Of a stretch of DNA of 64,000 bases, positions 9,785 through 19,825 are shown one piece after another. The stretch is from Spirochaetia bacterium (lineage in GTDB: Bacteria; Spirochaetota; Spirochaetia; UBA9216): positions 448,001 through 512,000 of the forward strand of contig CAXXYH010000004.1 of NCBI GenBank assembly GCA_963677925.2, in the 5' to 3' direction. A model generated the notes under the pieces. The model did no database searches, was not told the origin of the DNA, and saw only the letters and a list, made by a program, of their open reading frames with translations. The position numbers and the translations under genes were made by a program. The stretch's first letter is position 1. Each line of letters starts with the position of its first letter.

Positions 9785-12179
9785 CTTCATCTCCCTTTGC
9801 AGGTCCATTGAGTCTGCTGAGGATTGATTTCAACTTTTCACTTAATGCTGTGGCTATATTAGCATTAGGAAGCGAATTTGTTAAGTTATTTATGAAGCTG
9901 AATGTTTCACCAACCTTTTTCTTTGAAAGCGGAGGAGTATATTTTACGGGGAAGGGTCCTTCTGTCTCTTCAAGCTGCGTTTCGGTCTCTTTTTCAGAGT
10001 CTTCTGTGTTCAGTTTTTTCAGCAGACCCGGATCTCCGTGAAGTTTGGATTTAAGTGCTGCAAGTTTCAGCCGTTCCTCGCTGTACACGTATTCTTTCTG
10101 TTTATCTTTAGGAAGAAAGGAGGTAAGGCGATCCAGATAGCCGAATATATTTTCTTCCGGTTCCTCATCCTCTTCTTCTTCCTCGTCCTCAATAGGAACA
10201 AAATCTTCTGAATCGAAATTTTCATCCTCAGATTCTGGTTCTTCAGAGACGGCTGCTTCGGTTTCATTATCTGCTTCCGGTTCGGGGTCTTCTTCAGGTT
10301 CGGGGTCCGGAGGCTGCTGTTTTATAATAATAGGGGAAGTTTCCAGTTTGATTGTAAAGGGGTTGCCGAGGCCGGGAAATCCGCCAGGTTCTCTTTTTAT
10401 CTCTTCTTTGGTCTCAATCTCTTTTTTCTCCGGAATTTCATCCTCTTCCTCGGGTTCCGGGATGAACTCATCTTCATCGGTAATTGTCAGTGTTTCTGTG
10501 TCTTCATCGAAAAGGATAACCGGATCAATTCCGCCGATATCCAGAATCGGAACATATTCATTGCCTATATCTTTCAGTCCGTCAAAAAGAAAGCTTTTTT
10601 CCTCATGCCCGATTGGGTTATCATCATAGCTGCTGAAAAGCGCTTCAAGGTTTTTTTCCCACTCACGGCTGTATTTTCTTGCGTATTCGGAAGCCATTTC
10701 TTCATAGAGCTGAAGATCAAGATTCAATTTATTTAAATCCAGGTTGTCTGTATTTTCATTTCTTAGTGTCGCCAGCTTTTCAGCGGTCTTAAGTGCTGTT
10801 TCAGTGTCCCCCGTCTCTCTCGCTGTTGCTGCCGTCTGTTCAAGGATTTCAATGTTTTCGGGATCATGTTCAAGGATACCAAGGAGAACAGAGAGGGCTT
10901 TGTCATAATCTTCTTTTTCAAGATAAAGCCGGGAAAGCAGTTTCGCAGTTTCCGCATCACCCGGCTTTTTCTGATATACCTTTTCGCATTCTTCTATAGC
11001 GGCGTCCAGTTTGTTTTCGGACTTTAAAAGAAGGGCAAGCTGCATCCGGTTTTCATGCGATTCCGGGTCTATCAGAAGACCTTTCCGGTATGTATTGATT
11101 GCTTTGCTTTTTTTTCCGCTGCGGTTCATCTGCCTGGCAAGAGAAAACCATGCGCGGCTTTCCTCACTGTTACGGTCAAGAACATAACGGATATGCTGAA
11201 AGGCTTCGTTGTATTTTCCGGTATCTATAAGAATATTGCCCAGCAGCAGGCGGAGGTTCAGATTGTTTTCCTCATTTTCCAGATATGTCCGAAGCAGGTT
11301 TTCTGCCTTTTTATAATCTCTCCGCTTGAAATAAATTTCAGCAAGACTGGCCGCAGCGGGTGCATAATCAGGATGTCTGGTAATCAGATGATAGAGTTTA
11401 AGCTCCGCCTCTTTTTCGTCTCCCTTTTTTAACAGGAGTTCGGCGGAGCGGCATTCCGCCTCCCGGTTTTCCGGATCAAGTTCCAGCACCCTGCTGTAAA
11501 CTCTGTCTGCTTCTCCGGGATTCTTGTCTCTAAGTATATCACCGAGAGCTAAAAGGCATTCCTCCCACCCCGGATTTGCTTTTAAGGCATGACGATATTC
11601 CGCTTCTGCCTTTCCGGGATTTCCGGTTTTCCGGTATAGATTTCCAAGGTTAAAATGGAGTGCCGGATTGTTGGGATCTGCTGCAAGCCCGTCTTTAAGT
11701 AAGCTTTCTGCTTCCTTTCCCCGCCCTTTTTCAAGAAGCATAATAGCAAAATTATTGTACGACTGTGTAAAGCTGCTGTCCTTCTGAATTGAAAGCCGGT
11801 AAATTTGTTCTGCTTTTTCTGTATCGCCGAGGTTTCTGTGTATATTTGCAATATTGAATATTATGTCGGCGCGATCTTTTGCCAGCTGGTAGGCCTTCTG
11901 GGCTGCGTCGAGGGCTGATCGGTATTCACGGCGCTTCTGGTGAAGCAGTGCAATATTTATCCATGGTTCCGGATTTTTTGGTTCAAGTGCTATTATCCGG
12001 TCAAATGATTCGAATGCATTTGAATACCGGTTCTGTCTTGCATAGACATTACCCAGCATAAGCAGACTGCTAACATCTTCAGGATCCTCCCTGACTGCCC
12101 TTCTGCAAAGTTTTTCCGCCCGGATTAAATCTCCGGTCATGACTGCATTTCTTGCTCTTGTAAGTAACTGGCTGCTCAT
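9774..12179 (-). CDS. Multi-TPR protein with acidic low-complexity C-terminal region
   Basis: Many tandem TPR-like units in aa 1-470, then Glu/Asp/Pro-rich tract. Confidence 0.85.
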   Translation of the reverse strand: MSSQLLTRARNAVMTGDLIRAEKLCRRAVREDPEDVSSLLMLGNVYARQNRYSNAFESFDRIIALEPKNPEPWINIALLHQKRREYRSALDAAQKAYQLAKDRADIIFNIANIHRNLGDTEKAEQIYRLSIQKDSSFTQSYNNFAIMLLEKGRGKEAESLLKDGLAADPNNPALHFNLGNLYRKTGNPGKAEAEYRHALKANPGWEECLLALGDILRDKNPGEADRVYSRVLELDPENREAECRSAELLLKKGDEKEAELKLYHLITRHPDYAPAAASLAEIYFKRRDYKKAENLLRTYLENEENNLNLRLLLGNILIDTGKYNEAFQHIRYVLDRNSEESRAWFSLARQMNRSGKKSKAINTYRKGLLIDPESHENRMQLALLLKSENKLDAAIEECEKVYQKKPGDAETAKLLSRLYLEKEDYDKALSVLLGILEHDPENIEILEQTAATARETGDTETALKTAEKLATLRNENTDNLDLNKLNLDLQLYEEMASEYARKYSREWEKNLEALFSSYDDNPIGHEEKSFLFDGLKDIGNEYVPILDIGGIDPVILFDEDTETLTITDEDEFIPEPEEEDEIPEKKEIETKEEIKREPGGFPGLGNPFTIKLETSPIIIKQQPPDPEPEEDPEPEADNETEAAVSEEPESEDENFDSEDFVPIEDEEEEEDEEPEENIFGYLDRLTSFLPKDKQKEYVYSEERLKLAALKSKLHGDPGLLKKLNTEDSEKETETQLEETEGPFPVKYTPPLSKKKVGETFSFINNLTNSLPNANIATALSEKLKSILSRLNGPAKGDEDEE

Positions 12180-13678
12180 TGATTGGTCCTGAGTAAGGCG
12201 GATGGTCTGGCACTGATTTCTTTTGAAAAGCGGCTTTCCTGAGAATTTTCAGAGGAATCGTAGGATGTCACCGCAAAGTAGTATATCTGGCCGTTTTTAA
12301 GTCCGGTGAGAGTTATTTCTGTGTTATCGCCTGTGTCTACAGGAGAAGGTCCCTGAACGGAAACTGAACTGAAATAGTATCCGGGCTTCTCGCCGTAGTA
12401 GACTTTATATCCGCTGATATCGGAGTCATTTACCCGGTTCCAGCTTAACCTCACACTTCCGTTTCCGCTTTCCGCAGTTATTTGTTCGGGCGGCAGCGGC
12501 GGAAGGTTCCGTTCATACTGCAGTCTGATTTCTGAGAGCACAGGAGAATTTTTTCCTGTACCATCGGGGTAAAGATCCGCCTTAATCTGCACAAAACGTC
12601 CCCTGACAGACGGCGGAAGCAGCTGGTCGGGTTTAAACTGAACCCATGAAGGTTTGGATGAGGAGGAACTGAAGTAATCCTCCGAAATACGGTAGTAATA
12701 GAAAATATCGGTTTTACCGGGTTTTCTTGCAACAGTAGATATTCTCAGCAGTCTGCAGCCGCTGTTCTGCAGATCAAATACAGAAGTTGAGGCTGAGCCT
12801 CCGGAAGTTCCAAATATGGATATATCAGGTTCAGAAAAGGCTCTGGTTAATCTAAGTTCATCAAGATACCCGGAATAACTTTTACCCAGGATTATATTTG
12901 CCGGTTTCTGATTTCCTATAACCGCGGCGAACATTTCTCCGGTTTCACGCCCACTCGAGTTTGCGTATGTAATAACTTCAGGGATTCCATCAATCAGGTA
13001 TTCTATCAGCCCTGTTTCACTGTTATACCGGATAAGGTGATGGTGCCAGATCCCCGGGATCATAACACCGGTAGATGTAAGTTCAATCATGGTTTCTGAA
13101 AAGTCTGCCGGCAGGAAGAAATTTTCAAAAACCCAGTTCAGCCGGCGCCCGGATATAACACAAAGTATGGTCTGCTGAAGTGTCATCTCTCCGGATTTTA
13201 TGGCTCCGCTCCACTGGAATATCTTCTCACCTTCAGACAGCCGGATTGGGTACAGCCAGAACTCAATAGAGAAATCATTGATTTTCCCGTTTCCCGCGGC
13301 CAGAAGGGCGGCTCTTCCAGGCGAAAGTTCAATAAAGGCGTTATCACCGGGAAAGGCTCCGGCCTGCTCTCCTAGTTTTCTTTCCTTATCAGTCGTGAGA
13401 ATTCCCTGATTCCTGACCACATTATAATTTCCGCTTCGGTCCATTATATTTCCATTGAAGTGGATGAGCAAATCAGTGTCATCAGTAACCTGGTATTCGT
13501 TGTTCTTCAGCTGAATGTTTGACATTCCCTGAGCTGATTCCGAGTAGGTAATATTATCTCTTATACTAATCTGATCCCAGCTGCCGTTTCCGACAATAAT
13601 TTCCTGTGAGAATACGGCTGTTGCTGATACCAGAAAGATTAAAAAGACTGTTATCAGTATTTTCGGTGTTTTAAACAT
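12176..13678 (-). CDS. Secreted LamG-like jellyroll plus fibronectin type III protein
   Basis: Signal peptide; FSIEFWLYP, WHH, YLDELR (LamG); SVRLSW..GYKVYYG..GLKNGQIYYFAV (FN3). Confidence 0.85.
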   Translation of the reverse strand: MFKTPKILITVFLIFLVSATAVFSQEIIVGNGSWDQISIRDNITYSESAQGMSNIQLKNNEYQVTDDTDLLIHFNGNIMDRSGNYNVVRNQGILTTDKERKLGEQAGAFPGDNAFIELSPGRAALLAAGNGKINDFSIEFWLYPIRLSEGEKIFQWSGAIKSGEMTLQQTILCVISGRRLNWVFENFFLPADFSETMIELTSTGVMIPGIWHHHLIRYNSETGLIEYLIDGIPEVITYANSSGRETGEMFAAVIGNQKPANIILGKSYSGYLDELRLTRAFSEPDISIFGTSGGSASTSVFDLQNSGCRLLRISTVARKPGKTDIFYYYRISEDYFSSSSSKPSWVQFKPDQLLPPSVRGRFVQIKADLYPDGTGKNSPVLSEIRLQYERNLPPLPPEQITAESGNGSVRLSWNRVNDSDISGYKVYYGEKPGYYFSSVSVQGPSPVDTGDNTEITLTGLKNGQIYYFAVTSYDSSENSQESRFSKEISARPSALLRTNQ

Positions 13679-13739
13679 ATCTTCTCTTTAATAATCGGAA
13701 ATAATTTTCTATTTCTGTATTACGTATTATTATAATTAT

Positions 13740-15530
13740 ATGGATAAGCTTAAAGCTGTGGCTGCAGAATTTCCAGGACTTCCCGGTGTTTATATAATGA
13801 AAAACATTTCAGGGAAAGTAATTTATGTCGGAAAGGCTATAAATCTGAAAAAAAGGGTCAGCTCCTATTTTCTGGGAAAGAAGGATCCTAAAACCAGTGT
13901 TCTTGTAAAAAAAATCTCAACAATTGAACACATCGTCACTGATTCCGAGTATGAAGCTCTTCTCCTGGAAAACATACTGATAAAAAAATACAACCCGAGA
14001 TACAATATCCGCCTTAAAGACGGAAAGACCTATCCTGTAATCAGAATTACCAATGAAGAATTTCCACAGGTTTTCAAAACGCGCAGGATTATCCGTGACG
14101 GTTCCAAATATTTCGGACCCTTCGCTTCGGCGGGGCTGCTTAATGTTTACATAGACACAATAGAAAAGATCTTTCCGCTCAGGCGCTGCCGTGGAGCCCT
14201 GAAAAAAAGGCAGAATCCCTGTCTCTACTACCATATAGGCCGCTGTTCGGCACCCTGTGCCGGGAAAATCTCAGCCGAAGACTACGGCAGTATTATTGCC
14301 CAGGTTGAGGAACTAATATCCGGTGACAGTGAAGATCTGAAAAACTGGCTGAATGATAGGATGCAGGAAGCTTCTGAAAAGCTGGAATTTGAAAAGGCTG
14401 CCGGATTCAGGGATGCGATTATAGCTGCGGAATCAATTGAAAATGAGGCTGGTCAGAATATAATCGATTTTAATGAAATTACCCGTGATTATATTGCCTG
14501 TGACTCCTGGAATGATAAATACACATTTACTGTTCTTCAGATGAGGGGCGGAAAACTTACCGGACGTGAGTTGTTCAGGAATGATTTTCCCGGTGGAGAT
14601 GAAGAAGCCTTCGAGCAGTTTGTTGTACAGTTCTATTCAGACGGGAATGAGATTCCCCGGCAGCTTTATTTTTCAAAGCTTTTCGATACCGTGAATCTGA
14701 AGAATTTTTTCATCTCGGAACTGGAACATGACATTGAAATGTTTTTTCCGGACAAGGGCAGACATTTTTCGGTTGTAAAGATGGCTGAAGAGAATGCCCG
14801 GCAGGATATCCTCAAAAGGAAGAAGGATGCCGGTGATGTCGAAGGACTTGAAAGACTTAAGGAGACGCTGGGACTTAAGAAGGTTCCGGCAAGGATTGAG
14901 GGCTTTGATATAGCCCAGCTGTCGGGAAAATATCCGGTTGCTTCTCTGATATCATTTGTAAACGGCATCCCTGATAAAACAGGATATAGACATTTTAATC
15001 TGAAGACTCTTGATGGAAAAATTGATGACTTTGCCTCTGTTCGAGAGGCCGTAACAAGACGGTATACAAGGGTTTTAAACGAGAATCTGCCGCAGCCCGA
15101 TCTGGTTCTGATCGACGGCGGACCCGGTCAGGTAAGTGCGGCAAGAGGTGTTTTGAACGCGCTGGGTCTGGAGGATATTCCGGTTATCGGACTTGCCAAG
15201 AAAAATGAAGAAATATATCTGGATAGATTCAGCAAACCGCTGAACCTGCCGGAGGGCGATCCTGCTTTGAAAATTCTTCAGTACGTAAGGGATGAAACTC
15301 ACCGTTTTGCTACCGGTTTGAACAAGAAGCACAGGGAGAGGGATTCGAGGTTTTCATTGCTTGAAGATGTTTCAGGAATCGGTCCAGCCAAGAGCAGGAA
15401 ACTGATGGAAACTTACGGTTCACTCAAGGGTATCGCAGCAGCAGGGAGGGAAGAGGTGGCTAAAACGGCCGGGATTTCAGAGGCCGCGGCAGAGGCCCTT
15501 TTTGAAAAAATAAATAATGAAAAAATTTGA
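13740..15530 (+). CDS. uvrC: Excinuclease ABC subunit C
   Basis: PGVY..IYVGKA GIY-YIG, IEGFDIAQ, PDLVLIDGGPGQ, RDETHRFA, HhH GIGP. Confidence 0.97.
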   Translation: MDKLKAVAAEFPGLPGVYIMKNISGKVIYVGKAINLKKRVSSYFLGKKDPKTSVLVKKISTIEHIVTDSEYEALLLENILIKKYNPRYNIRLKDGKTYPVIRITNEEFPQVFKTRRIIRDGSKYFGPFASAGLLNVYIDTIEKIFPLRRCRGALKKRQNPCLYYHIGRCSAPCAGKISAEDYGSIIAQVEELISGDSEDLKNWLNDRMQEASEKLEFEKAAGFRDAIIAAESIENEAGQNIIDFNEITRDYIACDSWNDKYTFTVLQMRGGKLTGRELFRNDFPGGDEEAFEQFVVQFYSDGNEIPRQLYFSKLFDTVNLKNFFISELEHDIEMFFPDKGRHFSVVKMAEENARQDILKRKKDAGDVEGLERLKETLGLKKVPARIEGFDIAQLSGKYPVASLISFVNGIPDKTGYRHFNLKTLDGKIDDFASVREAVTRRYTRVLNENLPQPDLVLIDGGPGQVSAARGVLNALGLEDIPVIGLAKKNEEIYLDRFSKPLNLPEGDPALKILQYVRDETHRFATGLNKKHRERDSRFSLLEDVSGIGPAKSRKLMETYGSLKGIAAAGREEVAKTAGISEAAAEALFEKINNEKI

Positions 15531-15555
15531 CTTTTAGATCCAATTGGGCTAAATT
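15527..15555 (+). promoter_or_regulatory. sigma70-type promoter driving the small transcript
   Basis: TTGACT-N17-TAAATT. Confidence 0.6.
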
Positions 15556-15561
15556 TATATT

Positions 15562-15762
15562 GTAAGAGGTAATCAAGCCGAAAGGCTCTAAAATGCAGCA
15601 AGGAGGAGAAAATGACTCCACCTAAATGGAACCGCCGGCAATGAGCCGGCTCACAGCAGATGTTATAGAGAGGTCATAGACCTATAAAAGAGTGAGAATT
15701 CAGCAGTCGCATAGAGACGCCTCTGAATTTTCTAAAGCCGGTAATCAGTCCGGCTTTTTTTT
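15562..15762 (+). ncRNA. Candidate ~200-nt structured small RNA (may encode a 10-aa peptide at 15612-15644)
   Basis: Has its own promoter and terminator with several hairpins in between; family not recognised. Confidence 0.5.
15734..15762 (+). terminator. Rho-independent terminator
   Basis: aaagccgg-N8-ccggcttt followed by a T-run. Confidence 0.8.
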
Positions 15763-15823
15763 GTCCTGTTATTTCTACCGCTCTATTCAAAATCCGTCCT
15801 TTGTTAACAATTCTAAAATTTCT

Positions 15824-15852
15824 TTGATATTTTCTTTCATTCCATATATAGT
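15824..15852 (+). promoter_or_regulatory. sigma70-type promoter of EEP gene
   Basis: TTGATA-N17-TATAGT, about 20 nt before the ATG. Confidence 0.55.
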
Positions 15853-15872
15853 TTGAATATAAAGAGCTGAAA

Positions 15873-16901
15873 ATGAAAAAAAATCTGAATATTCTAATTA
15901 TTCTTTTAATTATGTCTGCTTCTGTTTTTGCGGAAGATATCAGCGTGCTTACGGTAAATGCCTGGCCCGGCCTTGATTACCGTGGGCTGATCTTTTCAGG
16001 TGAATACGAAACCGATGAAGTGCGGAACTTCAGAACTGAAATTCTTGAGAAAGAGTTTAGAGATCTCAATCCTGATATTGCAGTAATTACAGGTGCCAAT
16101 CCAGTTTCCGATTTCGCCGAACTTCTCTCGGAACCCCTTGGGATGTCTGCAGGCTACCGTATCTCGCGGAGCGGTTTCAGGATCGGCCCTGTCGGACTTC
16201 CGCTTAACCTTAAAGAAGGCGGTATAATTCTGGTTGATAATGAATATCCCAGTGAGGATATAGACTATAAAAACCTGAATCGTGGACTTTCATTTAAGAA
16301 CTTTTCTGCTTTCTCAAAGAATATGCATCAGATTTACTGCCGAAAGGCTGTCATTGATAATACAACCGTTTTTATATTTGCTGTAGAATGGAGAGAATCT
16401 ATCTTTGCAGATCGTGAAACACTTTCAATGCTGATGAATAACTACCTGTCAGGAGAACTTGAAGCCGAAGCTTATGCTGACCGTATCGATGACGCAGTTA
16501 AAGGCTCTGAAACAAGACTTAAGCAGGCGGAAGAAAGCCTGGCATTTATTAATAATATTGCAGGGGAGAATCCTGTAATCCTTATGGGCAGCCTTAACGG
16601 CCTTCCAGGAAGTCCTGAAATAAATCTGCTGAAAGACGCCGGGTTTACAGATGTCTTTGAATCTGTCGGCCGGGGAAAAGGCAATACTCTGGACAGTGAA
16701 CGAAACCCGAATATTGAAAAAGCCGGGGAAGATGCTGTACAGGGGGCATACAGAACCGACTATATCATGATCAGGGGAGACCGGCTCAAGGCGGTTTCTG
16801 CAAAGCTTGTATTTAACGAGGCTGTTTACGGTGTTTTTCCTTCGAACCGTTTTGGTGTGCAGGCAACCGTCAGATTGACAGCCGCCCCTTCTTCTCGATG
16901 A
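15873..16901 (+). CDS. Secreted endonuclease/exonuclease/phosphatase-fold protein with degenerate active site
   Basis: Signal peptide; VLTVN, ILMGSLN, GFTDVF, RTDYIM, PSNRFGV align with the EEP motif layout. Confidence 0.75.
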   Translation: MKKNLNILIILLIMSASVFAEDISVLTVNAWPGLDYRGLIFSGEYETDEVRNFRTEILEKEFRDLNPDIAVITGANPVSDFAELLSEPLGMSAGYRISRSGFRIGPVGLPLNLKEGGIILVDNEYPSEDIDYKNLNRGLSFKNFSAFSKNMHQIYCRKAVIDNTTVFIFAVEWRESIFADRETLSMLMNNYLSGELEAEAYADRIDDAVKGSETRLKQAEESLAFINNIAGENPVILMGSLNGLPGSPEINLLKDAGFTDVFESVGRGKGNTLDSERNPNIEKAGEDAVQGAYRTDYIMIRGDRLKAVSAKLVFNEAVYGVFPSNRFGVQATVRLTAAPSSR

Positions 16902-17847
16902 GACAGTAGATATACATCTGGGCGGTAATTTCTTTCTGTTCCTGCCGTGTCGTCCTGAGTTTAATATCGTATTCGGCAGTCAGTGAAATTATTCTTTCAA
17001 TATCGCTTCTTTTATAGTGTTTCAGGGCTTCCGAGTAGGTTGCCTGGGCTTTCTTTCCTTTTATACCTGATTTAAAGCATGCGCTCTGAAAGCTTTCACC
17101 CATTTCCATTTCACGGGCCAGTCTGAGAAGGTTTCTCAGCTGCCAGAGAAGGCCGCTGAGCAGCTGTACCGTATTGCTGTCGCTGCCAAGCATGATCTTC
17201 TGCAGAATGTCCACAGAGCCGGGAAAATCGGCAGCTGCAATCCTGTTAAAGAGTGAGAAAACATTTTCCTCTTTTCCGTGGTAGAAGAAGGTCTCAATCT
17301 CATCCCTGCTTATAAATGCGCCTTCACCGAAAAACAATGCAAGTTTCTCACATTCTCTTTTCATATCAGCAGTGTTGTTTTCAATGAGATTCAGAAGCAG
17401 TTCTACTGCATCAGTATCTATGGAAATTCTGCGGTTCTTAAAAAAGCCTGAAAGCCAGCCTTTTTTCTGGTTGTCAAAAAGTTCCCAGAATATCTTTGAG
17501 TTCTTTTTCGGGATGTGTTTTCCCAGACCGTTTTTAAGCGATGTTTCATCGGTCAGAAAGACTATTACCGTATCAGGAGCGGGTTTTTTAAGATAAGCTC
17601 CAAACTCATCAGCTTCTGTTTTTTTCAGCAGTTCAGCCTGCCCGATTATGAAAATTCTGGCGGCGGCAAATAGAGATCCATTCTTTATCTGCGAAAGAAT
17701 CTCCTGTACTGATGTTTCAAATGGATAGAAACGGTGTGTTTCAGGGGCTTCTCCGTTTTTATCGGCAAGTCCGGTCTTTATCTGATTGAGAAATATCTGC
17801 TTTTCTCCTTCTTCGGGCCCGGCCAGGAGCCAGCAGTGATCAGTCAT
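16870..17847 (-). CDS. holA: DNA polymerase III delta subunit
   Basis: WLLAGPEEGEK, SLFA, ECEKLALF, ENVFSL; ~325 aa. ATG 17847 overlaps the lexA end. Confidence 0.88.
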   Translation of the reverse strand: MTDHCWLLAGPEEGEKQIFLNQIKTGLADKNGEAPETHRFYPFETSVQEILSQIKNGSLFAAARIFIIGQAELLKKTEADEFGAYLKKPAPDTVIVFLTDETSLKNGLGKHIPKKNSKIFWELFDNQKKGWLSGFFKNRRISIDTDAVELLLNLIENNTADMKRECEKLALFFGEGAFISRDEIETFFYHGKEENVFSLFNRIAAADFPGSVDILQKIMLGSDSNTVQLLSGLLWQLRNLLRLAREMEMGESFQSACFKSGIKGKKAQATYSEALKHYKRSDIERIISLTAEYDIKLRTTRQEQKEITAQMYIYCLIEKKGRLSI

Positions 17848-18448
17848 AGTCCCTGACAATGCATTTTAGTTTTCCAAGAACTTTTACGTTCTGAGTATAT
17901 ATTGGAGGATAAACCGGGTTTTCGGCCTTCAGCTTGACCCTGTTTTTTTCCTTGAAGAATCTTTTTAGTGTATAGGCTTCGTCATTAACCATGGCTACGA
18001 CAATATCTCCATTTTCAGCGGTCTGTCTGTGCGTAAAGATAGCAATATCCCCGTCAAGGATACCGGCCTCCTGCATACTGTCTCCGCTGACGTGAAGTGC
18101 GAAAAATTTACCGCCTGAAAATCTTGCTGCCGGCATATTAAGCATGCCTTCATAGTTTTCCTCTGCAAAAAGAGGCAGACCCGCAGCAACCTTTCCAAGT
18201 ATTGGAATGTTTACTGTTTCAGGCTTGTTTTCATTTTCGTTATCGATAATCTCAATTGTTCTTGAGCGGTTTCCGTCACATCGAATCCGGCCCTTTTTCT
18301 CCAGAGCCTTTATATGATCGTACGCGCCTTTTACTGATATATTAAATGAGGCCGCCATCTCGCGAATAGTCGGCGGATAGCTGTGCTTATCTATATAGTA
18401 TTTGATAAAATTGAGTGTCTCTTCCTGTCTTTTTGTCAGTCCCTTCAT
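17840..18448 (-). CDS. lexA: SOS repressor LexA
   Basis: LTKRQ..YPPTIRE HTH, VAAG cleavage site, GDSM serine, TLKR lysine. Confidence 0.95.
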   Translation of the reverse strand: MKGLTKRQEETLNFIKYYIDKHSYPPTIREMAASFNISVKGAYDHIKALEKKGRIRCDGNRSRTIEIIDNENENKPETVNIPILGKVAAGLPLFAEENYEGMLNMPAARFSGGKFFALHVSGDSMQEAGILDGDIAIFTHRQTAENGDIVVAMVNDEAYTLKRFFKEKNRVKLKAENPVYPPIYTQNVKVLGKLKCIVRDYD

Positions 18449-19821
18449 TTTAATATCTCAATTCCGAATTTCTTGATTTTACCATGCAGGTTGCTTGGAT
18501 ATATTCCCAGTTTCTGAGCAGTCTTTGCTACATTATAATCATTTTCTTCAAGTTTTTGAAGTATGAACATCCGCTCAAACTCATCTCTTGCCTCGGAAAG
18601 TTTCATCATTCCGAACTTTTCCATCACAGGATTAGATTCTTTCTTCTCTTCGGCTCCGGGATACAGAAATTCCTTCGCAGATTTCTCAGAAATTACAGCT
18701 TCTCCTGTCATGATTGTAACACGCTCTACGAAGTTCTTCAGTTCGCGTACATTCCCGGGCCAGGAATAATCCATAATAATTTCCATTGCTTCATTTGAAA
18801 ACAAGCGTGGAGCGGTATTCTGAATTCCAGCCTGAAGTTTTACAAAATGTTCCACAAGAAGCGGAATATCTTCTTTTCGATCTTTAAGTGCCGGAACAAA
18901 TATCGGCACAACATTGAGCCGGAAAAAAAGGTCTTCTCTGAAATTACCTGAAGCAATCTCTTCGCGGATATCCTTGTTGGTAGCTGCTATTATCCGTACA
19001 TCAACTGTAATGGTTTTTTCACTGCCGACACGTTCAAAGCGCATTTCCTGAATGGCTCGCAGAACCTTCGCCTGTGCGTTCAGCGACATATCAGCTACCT
19101 CGTCCAGAAACAGAGTTCCGCCGTCAGCCATTTCAAATTTTCCCTTACGGTTCTCAACGGCACCCGTGAATGAGCCTTTCTCATGTCCGAAAAGTTCACT
19201 TTCGATAAGAGTATCGGGTATGGCTGCGCAGTTTACCTCAATAAAAGGCTGTTCATTTCTCATCGACCCCTGATGTATTCCGTGAGCGACCAGTTCCTTT
19301 CCGGTTCCGTTGTCTCCGGTAATCAGGACCTTTGCGTCTGATTTAGCACTCTGTTCGATGGTTTTTCGTATGGCCTGGACTGCAGGGCTTTCTCCGATAA
19401 TTTCACTCAAATTATCGGATGGTGTTTTTGCCTTGAGTTTCTTATTTTCGGTTTTAAGCGAGTTCATAGCGACCGCATTTCTGGCCAGGGTTATCAGTTT
19501 GTCGAGTGAAAGAGGCTTTTCAAGAAAATCAAAGGCGCCCAGTTTGACTGCCTTGACCGCAAGATCAATATTGGCATGTCCGGATATGATTATAACCTCA
19601 ATCTCGGGATATTCTGTTTTGATTTTCTTAAGAACATCTATACCGCCCATGTTAGGCAGCCAGACGTCAAGGATAACAAGATGGATAGGCTGGCTTGATA
19701 ATATATTCAGGCCCTCAATACCGTCACCTGCATCATATACAGTGTACTTTTCATCTTCAAAAATATCCCGGAGAACCGTCCTGATTCCATTTTCATCATC
19801 GATGACAAGAATATTTGCCAA
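18445..19821 (-). CDS. ntrX: sigma54-dependent response regulator (NtrX-like)
   Basis: Receiver domain (LDVWLP), [31 protein letters not shown], Fis HTH; TTG start. Confidence 0.88.
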   Translation of the reverse strand: MANILVIDDENGIRTVLRDIFEDEKYTVYDAGDGIEGLNILSSQPIHLVILDVWLPNMGGIDVLKKIKTEYPEIEVIIISGHANIDLAVKAVKLGAFDFLEKPLSLDKLITLARNAVAMNSLKTENKKLKAKTPSDNLSEIIGESPAVQAIRKTIEQSAKSDAKVLITGDNGTGKELVAHGIHQGSMRNEQPFIEVNCAAIPDTLIESELFGHEKGSFTGAVENRKGKFEMADGGTLFLDEVADMSLNAQAKVLRAIQEMRFERVGSEKTITVDVRIIAATNKDIREEIASGNFREDLFFRLNVVPIFVPALKDRKEDIPLLVEHFVKLQAGIQNTAPRLFSNEAMEIIMDYSWPGNVRELKNFVERVTIMTGEAVISEKSAKEFLYPGAEEKKESNPVMEKFGMMKLSEARDEFERMFILQKLEENDYNVAKTAQKLGIYPSNLHGKIKKFGIEILK

Positions 19822-19825
19822 AATT

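Noticed and set aside
15562-15762. 6S RNA, tmRNA, SRP, CsrB or a known riboswitch
   Set aside because: There is no long rod with central bubble, tRNA-like ends, repeated GGA loops or recognisable aptamer consensus. Left unassigned pending an Rfam search.
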